Source of the DNA: Eledone cirrhosa | Lineage: Eukaryota | DNA: 64,000 nt | NCBI GenBank assembly: GCA_964016885.1 | Contig: OZ024760.1 | Location: 34,410,001-34,474,000, forward strand | Direction of reading: 5' to 3' | Part shown: positions 1-12,189 of the stretch, piece by piece | Layout: each line of letters starts with the position of its first letter | Numbering within the stretch: position 1 is the stretch's first letter | Program-made: the position numbers and the translations under genes | The notes under the pieces: generated by a model | Told to the model about the DNA's origin: nothing | The model's input: the letters and a program-made list of their open reading frames with translations, nothing else | Database searches by the model: none

Positions 1-2876
1 TGCTTGCAAAGGTGGGACGGGTCTTATTCAGCACAGCATCTCTCCACTTGTCACGGTCCTTCGTCATCTCCACCGTGAGCTTCAGCGATCTGAGGTCTGT
101 TCTCACCACCTGCGCCCATGTTTTTCGTGGTCTACCTCTACCACGTCTTCCTTCAACTGGCATTTCCTGGCACTTCTTCACCCATCGGTCATCCTCCATG
201 TGCATCACATGTCCATACCACCTCAGCCTCCTCTCTCGCACACTACATTCTATCCCTCTCAGACAGTTTCTCTCTCAACACATTCATGCTGGGTCGTTCA
301 CGCACATTGACATTGCACATCCAACGGAGCATGCTTGCCTCATTTCTCTCCAGCCGTCGCATATCCTCTGCAGTTGCTGCCCATGTCTCACTACCATGCA
401 GCATCGCGCTCCTCACACAGGCATCATATAACCGGCCTTTCGTACGGAGGGAGAAACTCTTCTTCGTCAGCAGAGGAAGCAGCTCCCTAAACTTCTTCCA
501 ACCCGTCGTTATTCTAGATACTATAGCCTCGGAACACCCCCTCCCATGCTAATCTGATCTCCTAGGTACCGGAAGCTATCCACCACTTCTATAGCACCCG
601 CCTGTATTTGAAAAATGTGTCTATCAATGCGACTTCTACTGTCTAATTTCCCTGTACATTTACTGCATATGTATTTCTCCCTACCTGTTAGTTTGCCTGC
701 TATCCCGCTACATCTCTTGTGTACCCAGGATCTGCATTGTGTGCATTTTATAGAATTTATGCCAGTTCCTTTTCTGCATATCGAACATGGCCATTTCCCT
801 GACGGAATCAGAGTTTTGTCCTCTTTTCTACTCATCAACACTTTCGTCTTAGCTAGGTTCACTCTCAGTCCTCTTGCTTCGAACTGCTGTCTCCATAGCC
901 AGAATTTATTCTCTAGCCCCTCTACTGATTCTGCTATAAGAATCAGATCGTCAGCTTGGAGGACTATAATGAACAAGAGCGGGCTGAGGACCGAACCTTG
1001 ATGTACTCCTACTTGTATCTGGAATTCCTCACTAAACTCCATTTCTACGCTGACTTTACTGACAGTACTTCTGTACAAAGTTTGCACTGTCCTTACCAGC
1101 CATTCCTCAACACCTGGTTTCCTTAGGGACCACCAGATGACAGATCGGGGTACCCTATCAAAGGCTAAGTATAGTGGCATATTTTTCTCTAAGAACCTCT
1201 CTTCTAATTGTCTCACCAAGAAGAGGGCATCTGTTGTACTTTTCCCAGGCACAAAACCAAACTGCATCTCATCTAGTTTGACCCTTTCTCTAATTAGTGC
1301 TAATATCCTTTCTGCCACTTTCATCAGTTTTATACCCCTATAATTACTCCTCTCCAGAGCATCCCCTTTACCTTTGTAGCAATTTATGAGAATACTGCTG
1401 CACCAGTCTTTGGGCATGGCACCACCATATATAGCCTGATTGATGATGCGTGCAACCAGTTTAGTGCCTACGTCCCCTGATGCCTTCAGCATCTCAGCAA
1501 CTATCCCCGATGGTCCAGCAGCCTTACCATTTTTCATTTCCTTAATCGCCTCTTGGACCCTATATTCTCTCTCCCATTCATTCGCCACATTCATCAGTCT
1601 CTCATAATGACATTTCCAGGCCTCCTTTTTCTGATCATTCATGACACTAAGTACACCGGCATCATTCCGGACACATTTATCTCCAACAACATGCTGATTT
1701 GCATTGACACACTGCCTTGCAATGTGGAACACCGCACGCCTCTGATCTTCCCGTCGCAGAACATTAGCAAACCTCCTACTCTCAGCCTCCCTGCGTGCTA
1801 AGTACACCTGACGTCTAACTTCTCTCTTAGCGGTTGTATATCCTTCCCTACTTCCACCCTTTTTCCAAGCCTTCCATGCTAGTCTTTTGTCTCTAATGGC
1901 CTTATCTACTGTGCTGTTCCACCACCAGGTCACTATCTGTCTGGTTGGAGCTCTGCTCCAGCCACAAGTTTCATCAGTAGCCTGCAGTAAGTTGTCATGT
2001 AAGAAATTCCAGTTATTATCTGTCATACGTCTCTAAATCGTCTTCTTTTTCGTCATACACATCTTGAAGGGCTTTCCTAAATTTGAATTTTAGTGAAAGG
2101 TCTTTTAGCTTCCAGACCTTTCTTCTCCACACCTTCCTGTATGTCTCATTCCATCTCTTGCTTACTGAGATATCACTAACGACTAACCTATGCTGTGGGG
2201 TACATTCTTCCCCAGGGTATGCCTTGGTATTAGACACTATCTGCCTGTCCCGCTGCCTAAGTAGTAAGAAGTCAAACTGGCTTATGTGCTCGCCAGATTT
2301 GTAGGTTATTAGGTGGTTGGCAGGTTTCTGGAAGTTAGTGTTTCAAATAATCAGTGTACTTACATCACAAAATTCAAGAAGTCTCACTCCTTCTTCATTT
2401 CTTGAGCCATAACTGTGCCCACCATGTACCCCAGTGTAACCATCCTGGAGCTGTCCAACATGACCATTGAAGTCCCCTGCTAGCAGAACGATGTCTCCAT
2501 CCTTTGTCATTGCAGTTGTGTGTAAAAGTTGCTCGTAAAAGCAGTCTTTCTCATCTTTGCCTAGGCCTGCTTGGGGAGCATAGGCAGAGATGATTGTCAG
2601 TAGTCTCCTTACCTACCCAGAAAAGCTATAGCTAAGATATTTGGCTACGACTAGTCTCGCAGAGGCACCTCTCCATCTCACCTCTTGCACGCAGCACACA
2701 TCCACATGCCTTCTCTCTAGCATCTCTTCTATTTCAGCAGATCTACCTCTGAGAGTGCCAACATTAAGTGTTGAAACTCTGAGATGCGACGTCTTCATGT
2801 ATTGTTGTTCCTATCTTACTTGTTGCTGTGCTCATAATCGTTTTGGCAGGGATACACTGGTTGGATGCCCTTCCTA
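1..2876 (-). mobile_element. RTE-clade non-LTR retrotransposon (APE endonuclease + RT with PHD finger), near full length, decayed; 3' end runs off the window
   Basis: APE N-terminus 'VSTLNVGTLRGRS..VDVCCVQEVRW' (2613-2798). RT motifs 'GKAAGPSG', 'YKGKGD..NYRGIKL', 'QFGFVPGKSTTDA', 'GVHQGSVLSPLLF' in 521-2026. Several frameshifts and deletions: the segment before ADD is lost, and DLxKAFD is shortened to LAFD. Confidence 0.93.
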
Positions 2877-3343
2877 TATATATATATATATAATAAACCC
2901 GCGTGTATTAAATATTTTCCTCTTAATTTGGCCAGAGATTTACATTCCCAAATGCCCTTATAAGCGTAACTCTCCGTATTTGCTACAGTTATGGGATGCG
3001 GCTTGTTGTTTGTGTATCACTTCTGTTTTTAGCCTAAGAAAATATCTATATGCGTGTGTAATTAATACACGCATACATTTATTTTTTTAATTTCAATTGA
3101 GTTCTTAACACGCTGGATTGATAATGTTTTTGAAAAAACTAATTAACCCATGTGTATATTATTTTCTTTTCTCGTGTTTCGTGGTTGTCTCCCTTTCCCG
3201 CTTTGTGACGCTATGATACTTCCTCAGTCAAAAGACTGCTGGAATTTCAAATTTGGCGTTCATTCGATGCGTGAAGGAGCAGCTTAGCAGACACGATTTT
3301 TAACTGCGGTAAGAGTTTTTTCTTATATCAAAGTTTAATGGGC

Positions 3344-3468
3344 TTCCACTGAAGATTTATAAGTGCCCACCTAAATATATCCTTAAAAGAATATATGTTA
3401 GGCTTCTACATAAACTGGAAACATTCTCCCAATTTGTAGAAAACTTATAATGAAACAATTGTTTGGAA
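3344..3468 (+). ncRNA. Type I hammerhead ribozyme motif with ~96-nt branched stem II (family A)
   Basis: ttcca-CTGAAGA-(t)ttataag...cttataa(t)-GAAA-caattg-TT-tggaa. Stem I ttcca/tggaa; stem III palindrome ACAATTGT; GUU site. Confidence 0.7.
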
Positions 3469-3653
3469 AGAGAGATATATTTTAACTTTAATTATATCTC
3501 ATAAAATAATACAACTGGCTTTCCACAAAATACATATAGTTAGCACCCCAAACACTTAAATTAACTTTATACTAACATATAACCTAATGTTTGTTGAGTG
3601 AGATGGTTAGCAGTCGGAGTTTAGCTTAAAGCTATCTCTGTTATTGTATTAAA

Positions 3654-3656
<3 letters not shown>

Positions 3657-3702
<46 letters not shown>

Positions 3703-3717
3703 ATCTATGTATATATC

Positions 3718-3761
<44 letters not shown>

Positions 3762-3857
3762 CATAGATACATATATATATATATATATATATACATAGAT
3801 ACATATATATATATATATACATAGATATATATATATATATATATATACATACATAGA

Positions 3858-3909
<52 letters not shown>

Positions 3910-3914
3910 CATAG

Positions 3915-3955
<41 letters not shown>

Positions 3956-3969
3956 CATAGATACATATA

Positions 3970-4006
<37 letters not shown>

Positions 4007-4056
4007 TCATAGATACATATATATATACATAGATACATATATATATATATACATAG

Positions 4057-4091
<35 letters not shown>

Positions 4092-4100
4092 CATGGATAC

Positions 4101-4157
<57 letters not shown>

Positions 4158-4169
4158 CATAGATACATA

Positions 4170-4203
<34 letters not shown>

Positions 4204-4240
4204 CATAGATACATATATATATATATACATACATGGATAC

Positions 4241-4299
<59 letters not shown>

Positions 4300-4311
4300 C
4301 ATAGATACATA

Positions 4312-4345
<34 letters not shown>

Positions 4346-4350
4346 CATAG

Positions 4351-4387
<37 letters not shown>

Positions 4388-4392
4388 GATAC

Positions 4393-4457
<65 letters not shown>

Positions 4458-4458
4458 G
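3657..4458. repeat. Interrupted (TA)n microsatellite with ATACATAGATACAT variant units
   Basis: Directly visible; produces the IY-rich pseudo-ORFs. Confidence 0.97.
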
Positions 4459-4508
4459 ATAACTTTGAAATGTTTTGGCCAGTATTGGCCCTGGCGAAGT
4501 CTTTCAAT

Positions 4509-7500
4509 TCAGGATTTGGGCACCATGGCCCATTCGGGAAGAGAATTACTGTTTGCGGAGACATATCCGGGTGTGGGTGGTTTGTCCGGGATTACTTGGA
4601 GGAATTTGTCCAAAGACTTCTTGAATTTTGTGTGGTCAGTTTCTGTTTTGACGTGTCCTGGTGTGATGTTGAAGAGAGCAGGGCCGATTGAGGTGAAATA
4701 ATTGTGCCGTATTGTTGTTATGAGTTGCGATTTAGATTTTTGTTTGGGACGGATACCACGGCGCCCAAGCCTTGGGTGTAATTTGAAGGTGATGCCAACA
4801 TCATTTGGGCAGTGATGAAACATTTTCCACATCATGCAGATAATATAACGCTCACGGCGACGTTGGAGTGAGTAAAGTTTCAGCTTTTCGACCCCAGTAG
4901 TCAAGGTCTGACATGCCATCTATCTTATTCGTGATTGCCCTTTGGGGAGCTTCAAGTTTCATGATACTTTGTTTCGTGTGGGGAGACCACAGTGGACAAC
5001 AGTATTCAAGGTGTGGTCGGGCTAAAGTAGAGAAGAGAAGGATAATGGTGTGGGAATCTCTCGACTGGAAGGTTCTGAGGATCCAGGAACACATTCTGCG
5101 GGCCATGTCAACTTTGCTGCTTATATGCGTAGCCCAGCTTATGTTGCTGTCCACGGTTACTCCCAAGTCTCTGATGTTGTTAGATGCCACGAGAGTTTCC
5201 CCGGAGGGAAGGGAGTACGGGAGTTTCAGAGCATCCTCTTTTCCAAAGTGGATCAGTTCGAATTTGTCTTCGTTCAGTAACATGTTGTTCTTTTCCGCCC
5301 ATTGGGTAACAGCCAGTAGGTCTGACTGAAGGCTTATCCGGTCATCCACGCCATCGATGACCTTTTGGAGCTTGGAATCATCAGCGAAAATTCTAATGTT
5401 GCTGTGTTTGATAATGTCAGTGATGTCATTAATATAGATGATGAAGAGAAGTGGTGCCAACACAGTGCCTTGTGGGACCCCACTACTGACTTTGGCTGGG
5501 CTGGATTTGACTCCTTCGACTACAACATGTTGGGTTCTGTTTGACAGGAAGCTCTTGATCCACTGCAGCAGCCTTCCAGTGACACCAATATTGGATAGTT
5601 TTCTCAGTAGAATGTTATGATCAACCCTGTCAAAGGCCTTGCTGAAATCAAGGTAGATAACATCAGTGTTGGAACCCTCTCCCAAGGCTCTCAAAATGTC
5701 ATCAAAGTGATGCAGTAGCTGCGTCAGGCAATCTCTTCCATTACGGAATCCATGTTGGCTGGAGTTCAGCATATTGTTACTCTCAAGGAAGTGAGTCATT
5801 CGCGATCTCACCACTCTCTCAAATACATTAATGATATGAGAGGTGAGTGAGATTGGACGGTAATTCACGGCAAGGGATTTGTTTCTTTTTTTGAAAACTG
5901 GGACAACAGACTGGGATAGAAGGTTTTCTGGCACATATCCAGCATCCAGTGAGTTCCGCCACAGATTGGCAAGAGAAGATGCAAGTTGGTGTTGTCACGC
6001 CTTCAAGACACAAGCAGGGAACCTATCGGGACCTACTGCTGAATTATGCTTGATTTCCTTTATTGCCGCTAAGACATCAGGGGCGCCAAACGTTATGTCC
6101 GATAAGGTGTAATGGGGAGTAACATCGCCGATACAGACAAGATCGGCCTTATCAGGATTGCTGAAATCAGAGCAGTATTGTTTCTGCAGTATCTCACCCA
6201 TGGTTTTAGCATTGTCTTGAAGAGTGCCATTTTCATCAATTAGAGGGCCAACAGTGGAGCCAGTGATTTTGTGTTTTTTTGCAAATGAAAAGAACACTTT
6301 GGGATTGAGTTTGATCTTCTCAATGGCCCAGGCCTCTTCAGCTCTTCCCTGATTGTTGATGATAGACATCATATTGTTTTGGAGGTTATGTTTTTTAATC
6401 TCTAGTGATGAAATGGCAGTCAAGTTGATGTGTTGCTGCTGACAGTATTTCAGCTTGTTGATTTTTTTGTTCGTTCTCTTAATTTTCCTGATGAGCGTTT
6501 TTCTATTTCTAGGGATTCTGCTCTTAGATTTGTTTATAGTTCTTAATGGGGTGTGTTTTGCACATATGTTTGTAACAGTGTCCACAAATGTCTGCCAGGA
6601 CTTTTTGATGTTAGTGGGTGTATGAGTGTGCGTGAAGGACCAGTCGACATGTGCAAGATCATGACTGATCGCTTCCCAGTTTGCATTGTGGAAATCCATA
6701 GCGTCAAACGGATGGACAGGAGAGATGACATTGGGTTTGTATATTGGACGGTGGAATCTCAGATCACAGAGAACCATGTCATGATCAGAGAGTAGAGTTT
6801 TCTCCACTGCAATATTGTGGATATTGTCAGTGTGATTGCTGAAAATTAAGTCTAGGACGTTTTTGTGGCACCTCGTTGGTTCGAGCACCAGTTGGGACAG
6901 GAAGAAATCATCCATGAAGTCAAGAAGCGATTCCACTGCTTCCCTGTCAGAGGTTGAGGCAGAAGAACCTGGTGGCAGGCTGTTTGTGGACCAGTCAACT
7001 CCGGGGAGGTTGAAGTCCCCCATCATTAAGATGTTGTCAGGGTGATACTCTTGGATGAAACACTTTATGCTGTTGAGGCATTCCTTGAAGCATGGTACAG
7101 GCGTTTGGGGTGGCCTATAGAGCCCAACTACTATTAGGTTGTTGGTTTGACTGAATACAGTGACTGCTTCGCAGTATCCATTAGTAAATATGTTCATAGC
7201 CTCTGTTGAGAAAGAATTATGGACATAAATGGCAGTCCCACCCTTTCTTCTGCCAGCGCGATCAGCACGGAGGGCTTTGAAATTTTTCACTTTCACCTCG
7301 GCTTCCAAGTGGAGGTTACTGAGATGGGTTTCAGTGAGGACGAAGAAAGGGATGTGGTTTGGATGGACATCAACCCAGTCCTCCAGGAATTTGATCTTCC
7401 ATTTTTGAGTATTGGTGGAAGGGCTGATGCCCTGGGCGTTAAGCAAAAATGTTGAGGCGAGAGTGGATGGTTTTAATTGTTTTGGTGTGTTGTTAATTTG

Positions 7501-7521
7501 TTTGTTTGTTAATGGCAACAA
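4509..7521 (-). pseudogene. LINE ORF2 (APE endonuclease + reverse transcriptase), split into three frames
   Basis: ORFs 5995-7521 (EN + linker), 4852-5934 (RT) and 4509-4919 (C-terminus) are colinear parts of one ORF2 with stop/frameshift lesions. Confidence 0.9.
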
Positions 7522-8375
7522 TGGGAGTTTGTGCAGTGGGGTGGTTGTATTGGTGTTAAATTAGAGTATGTATTATGGTGGTGGCTGTTTGTGGGGATAG
7601 ACCGTTTTGTCCTAGGTAAATGGGTGAATTTGCAGCCACTATCCGTACATATTCTATAGCGTAGAGAGTAGCGGCAAATGATGGGGTTTCGAGTGGGTGG
7701 GTATGTGGGTGTGTGTGTTGTGAGAGGTGTAGATGATGGTTTGAGTAGGATTTGACGACCTTTGTGGGCTGTGGGAGGGAGAGTTCTTGTACAGGTATTA
7801 GAAGGTAAATTCCTTGAGATAGCAGTAGGCAAACATGTTGTAGTAGTTGTAGTAGTAGGCAGAGAAGATGTTGGCAGTGGTGATGATTGGACTGCTGGGG
7901 CAGAGAAAGGAAGTGGCGTTTCCTGCTGTGAGACAGAGGCTACTGGGAGGTCAATAGTTTCATTTAGTAGATCGGCCATTGTTGATGAATCAAGGAGTGG
8001 TTCACACTGTTGTTGTTGTTGTCGCTGTTGCTGTTGTTGCTGTTGTTGCTGTTGTTGTTGTAGCTGTTGTTGTTGTTGCCGTTGTTGCTGCTGCTGTTGT
8101 TGTTGTTGCTGCTGCTGGACTGCATCCGAAGAAAAAACACACCGTAGTTTATCCAAATGTTTATTGATTAATTTAAAAGCAACTTCGATTTGCTTTAATT
8201 TATTTTGAATCTGTTGTTCAGATCGGGTTTTCAAAAGGTGAACTGTACGTTTAGCAATGTCGTTCAGACATGAAGCATCTATGTCTTCTGTTTGGGTAAG
8301 GCAATACCATGTGTTTATTAGAATGTCGATTTCATTATCAGACCAGTTCTGTTTGGATTTTTGCTGGTTAGCCAT
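7509..8375 (-). CDS. LINE ORF1 protein: Myb/SANT-like N-terminus, polyQ tract, P/T-rich linker, CCCH zinc finger
   Basis: Open frame from the ATG at 8375 directly upstream of ORF2. Contains 'NWSDNEIDILINTW..IAKR..RSEQQIQNKLKQI', a CAG/CAA tract at ~8008-8117, and C-x8-C-x4-C-x3-H at 7620-7676. Confidence 0.7.
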   Translation of the reverse strand: MANQQKSKQNWSDNEIDILINTWYCLTQTEDIDASCLNDIAKRTVHLLKTRSEQQIQNKLKQIEVAFKLINKHLDKLRCVFSSDAVQQQQQQQQQQQQRQQQQQLQQQQQQQQQQQQRQQQQQCEPLLDSSTMADLLNETIDLPVASVSQQETPLPFSAPAVQSSPLPTSSLPTTTTTTTCLPTAISRNLPSNTCTRTLPPTAHKGRQILLKPSSTPLTTHTPTYPPTRNPIICRYSLRYRICTDSGCKFTHLPRTKRSIPTNSHHHNTYSNLTPIQPPHCTNSHCCH

Positions 8376-8414
8376 TCTAGTTTTGGGTGTGTGTGTTTTA
8401 GTTAAGTATTTCAA

Positions 8415-8445
<31 letters not shown>

Positions 8446-8660
8446 TTTCTTGTGTGTGAGTGAGAAGAGTATATATATAAATATGAGTATATATATATAT
8501 ATATTCTGGTTATTTGAAATTAATGAAATTAATGAAAAGATGAAAGTATATAATAATTTGTAGTTAAAGGAAAATGTACTCACAAGTTGGTAAACACGAG
8601 GTTTCAAATATATAAGAATATAGATGTATGTAAATGTAATTGACCGGTCAATTTGGTTTG

Positions 8661-8798
8661 TTTGGTGTTGCAAAAATTCTTGTGGTCAAAACAATTTTGA
8701 TTGGTCGGTAGAGGTCATGTGAATGTAAAAAATTGATTTTGCGCCAAGACTGTTTTTATGTTAAAAAAGTGGCTCCAGCACTACTTGGTGTTTGCAAA
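8661..8798. repeat. ~1.1 copy of a 124-bp monomer (also at 9938-10183)
   Basis: Near-identical to the tandem units at 9938-10183. Confidence 0.88.
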
Positions 8799-8816
8799 AT
8801 ATATATATATATATAT

Positions 8817-8990
8817 AGTATTAGTTATACTATTTATGGTTATGCAAATACAAAACCTTATGCAGTTATAAGTATTTTACACACACCCTAAACAGTGGTA
8901 GGCAGTAATGTATTACTACCTTATTACCAGTAAGTTAAGTAGCTCAATGTAAAAACATCAGATGGTTTACAGAGCAGTTATATGAAATAT
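8817..8990 (-). mobile_element. Solo 3'-terminal fragment of PLE family H
   Basis: Homologous to 26762-26935 and 45681-45850; same terminus against (TA)n. Confidence 0.8.
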
Positions 8991-9042
8991 ATATATATAT
9001 ATATATATATATCTATGTATATATATATATATATATATACAT

Positions 9043-9085
<43 letters not shown>

Positions 9086-9158
9086 GATATATAAATATAT
9101 ATATATATATATATACATAGATATATATATATAGATATATATATATATATATATACAT

Positions 9159-9211
<53 letters not shown>

Positions 9212-9263
9212 TATATATATATATATATATCTATGTATATATATATATATATATTTATATATC

Positions 9264-9302
<39 letters not shown>

Positions 9303-9375
9303 ATCTATGTATATATATATATATATATACATAGATATATATATATATATATATATATATTTCATATAACATATA

Positions 9376-9411
<36 letters not shown>

Positions 9412-9419
9412 TACATATA

Positions 9420-9465
<46 letters not shown>

Positions 9466-9528
9466 GATACATATATATATATATATATATACATAGATAC
9501 ATAGATACACATATATATATATACATAG

Positions 9529-9565
<37 letters not shown>

Positions 9566-9592
9566 GATACATATATATATATATATACATAG

Positions 9593-9633
<41 letters not shown>

Positions 9634-9718
9634 GATACATATATATACATAGATACATATATATATATATACATAGATACATATATATATATATATACAT
9701 AGATACATATATATATAT
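8991..9718. repeat. Interrupted (TA)n microsatellite
   Basis: Directly visible. Confidence 0.97.
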
Positions 9719-9937
9719 TGGTAAACGGAATAGAAAATGCTGACAAATTGTTCACAGTTGAAAAATGGTTTAATTAGGAATAAAAGAGTATTAGTAATTG
9801 TATGGGTTAGTATTCAGTTGTGGTTTTAAGTTTTTAAGTTTTTACCGGTTGCGCATTTCTAAATGCTTTTCAAAAATAATTTTGAGATAGAGTGTCCGTG
9901 TTGTTTGCTCTGATCTGGTTAGTTTTGGGAATTCTAC

Positions 9938-10183
9938 CTGTTTTTATGTTAAAAAAGTGGCTCCAGCGCCACTTTGGTGTTGCAAAAATTCTTGTGGTCA
10001 AAACAATTTTAATTGGTCGGTAGAGGACATGTGAATGTAAAAAATTGATTTTGCGCCAAGACTGTTTTTATGTTAAAAAAGTGGCTCCAGCGCTACTTGG
10101 TGTTTGCAAAAATTCTTGTGGTCAAAACAATTTTGATTGGTCGGTAGAGGTCATGTGAATAAAAAATTGATTTTGCGCCAAGA
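9938..10183. repeat. Two tandem 124-bp monomers
   Basis: 'ctgtttttatgttaaaaaagtggctccagc' recurs at 9938 and 10062. Confidence 0.9.
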
Positions 10184-10208
10184 TTGAGAAATGACTCTTT
10201 CACAACAA

Positions 10209-10242
<34 letters not shown>

Positions 10243-10290
10243 TAGTAGTAGTAAGGTGTTCGATGTTGTGATAATGGTTAGCAGGGATGT

Positions 10291-12085
10291 GTGTCAAATG
10301 GCCTTTTCTACGGTATCCCTAAAGTACATAAAAGCGAATCAATAAGTAAGGCATGCAAGGAAGCCACAGACATAGTCATCAATGTCCCCTCACCCAATGA
10401 TCTCAAATTAAGACCTATAATAGCAGGCCCCGCTTGCGAAACCCACCGCCTTAGCAACTTCATTAAAATCCTTCTCAAACCCTTCCTCAAACACATCAAA
10501 AGCTATATAAGGGACGACCTAGATATGCTCAATCACCTCCCTAATATGCAACTTTCTGAACAAACCCTACTAGTGACGTTCGATGTAGTCAACCTATACT
10601 CCAACATCCCCCACAACCTAGGAATAGAAGCTATCCAATTCTGGCTGGATAATTTCCACAATGAACTCCCACAACGCATCAAAAAAGAATTTGTGATAGA
10701 GGGACTCAAATTTATCTTGGAGAACAATTACTTCGTTTTCAATAACAAACCCTACAGGCAGAAATCTGGGACCGCTATGGGAACGAAAACAGCCCCCACT
10801 TATGCCAACCTAGTCATGGGATACCTGGAAATCACCCTCTACACTAAAGTCCTAAACAAATTTGGAAACACCCTCCACTTACACATTGAAAGGAACTGGA
10901 AGCGATATCTAGATGACTGCTTCATCCTTTGGCACGAAAACATCGAAAAACTTAAAGAATTTCACACCCTTATAAATGGGCTCAACACGAATATTAACTT
11001 CATGATGGAATACAGCCATCAACAACTCCCCTTCCTCATTAAGATCCATCCTCATTAAGATCCATAACAAAAAAATAGAAACAGACATATACTACAAGCC
11101 CACAGACTCCAAGCAATATCTCCCTTTCAACTCTTGCCACCCTAGACACGTTAAAATTAATATTCCCTACAACCTAGCCAAGAGAATCTACTATAGTCTC
11201 CAATAAAAACATCTGCTTCTTACGGCTACAAGAACTAAAGGATACACTCATAGGCAGGGACTACCCTGCATCACTAATTGACAATGGAATCCAACGTGCC
11301 CTAAAACTCAGTACCCAGGACTTTAGACACCCTAAAGTAAATCAACCGAAACTAAAAGCTTTTCCATACATCTCCACACACAACCCCCTCAACAATGAGG
11401 CCTTTGACACCATCCTCCAGAACATCCCTGTGTTGAAAAAGGACCATAGAATGAACCAAATCCTACGAACACACGATATCATAAAGAGCAAAAGACAATC
11501 CAAGTCAATGAAAAACATCCTAACACATGCCAGAGTACTGCCAACCACAACAACGAAACCCACAGTAAAAAAATGCGATAGACCCAACTGTGGCATTTGC
11601 ATCAACCTAATAGAGGGTTCGGAATTCTATTTCAAAGGACAACGTTTTATAGTAAAACACAATTTCACATGTGCATCGGAAAATCTAATATATGTATTAA
11701 CTTGCTCAGGTTGTCGAGAACAATACATAGGCCAGACCAAAAACAGCCTCCGCCAACGCATGACTGTCCATAGATCCCAAATTAAAATACGGGAATACAG
11801 GAAAATACCACTGAGTGAACACATTGATACCTGTGCCGCCCAAAATCATCCCAACTTCAGAATCTTTCCCCTCTACAAATTTAAAGATAATGCCACCCAC
11901 ACCCAGCGCATCAGCAAGGAATCTTACTTCATTAACAAATACGGACCCCGTCTAAACACTTCTCCCTAAGACGAACCCACAACATACACACGTCAACATA
12001 CATACCTACATCAGCACACATCTCTACCTACATATAAACACAATGACATACGTAAACACACATGCTCTATGGTGCAACACAAAAA
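10291..12085 (+). mobile_element. Penelope-like element (RT + GIY-YIG, Neptune-like), 5'-truncated and frameshifted
   Basis: RT 'FYGIPKVHK', 'LRPII', 'FDVVNLYSNI', 'GTAMG', 'RYLDD'. Linker CxxxxCxxC; 'LIYVLTCSGC..YIGQT'; stop at 11969. A 16-bp tandem duplication at 11033-11064 breaks the frame. Related to 62038-63916. Confidence 0.92.
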
Positions 12086-12086
12086 A

Positions 12087-12118
<32 letters not shown>

Positions 12119-12138
12119 TTATTAAAATAACATATTAA

Positions 12139-12189
12139 AGTTTAAGCAAAGAATCGCTGCTTTCACTCTTAACGGGATCTTCTGAAACT
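12139..12189 (-). ncRNA. Hammerhead-like motif, CAGAAGA core (family B)
   Basis: Reverse-complement copy of 13445-13495. Confidence 0.55.

Larger units (their letters stand above)
4459..8800 (-). mobile_element. Near full-length CR1/L2-group LINE (ORF1 + APE-RT ORF2), lightly decayed
   Basis: APE motifs 'LTETHL', 'RADRAGRRKGGTAIY', 'GLYRPP', 'MGDFN', 'VLDLIF', 'SDH'. RT motifs 'NYRPISLTS', 'QHGFR', 'YLDFSKAFD', 'GVPQGTVL', 'FADD'. C-terminus '[10 protein letters not shown]'. 3' tail TTCAAAGTTA abuts (TA)n. Confidence 0.93.

Noticed and set aside
3165-3236. Minus-strand CTGAGGA..GAAA as a hammerhead
   Set aside because: No convincing stem II and no UH triplet.
7762-8208. Poly-Cys (metallothionein/keratin-like) ORF
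   Set aside because: Antisense reading of the polyQ tract of LINE ORF1.
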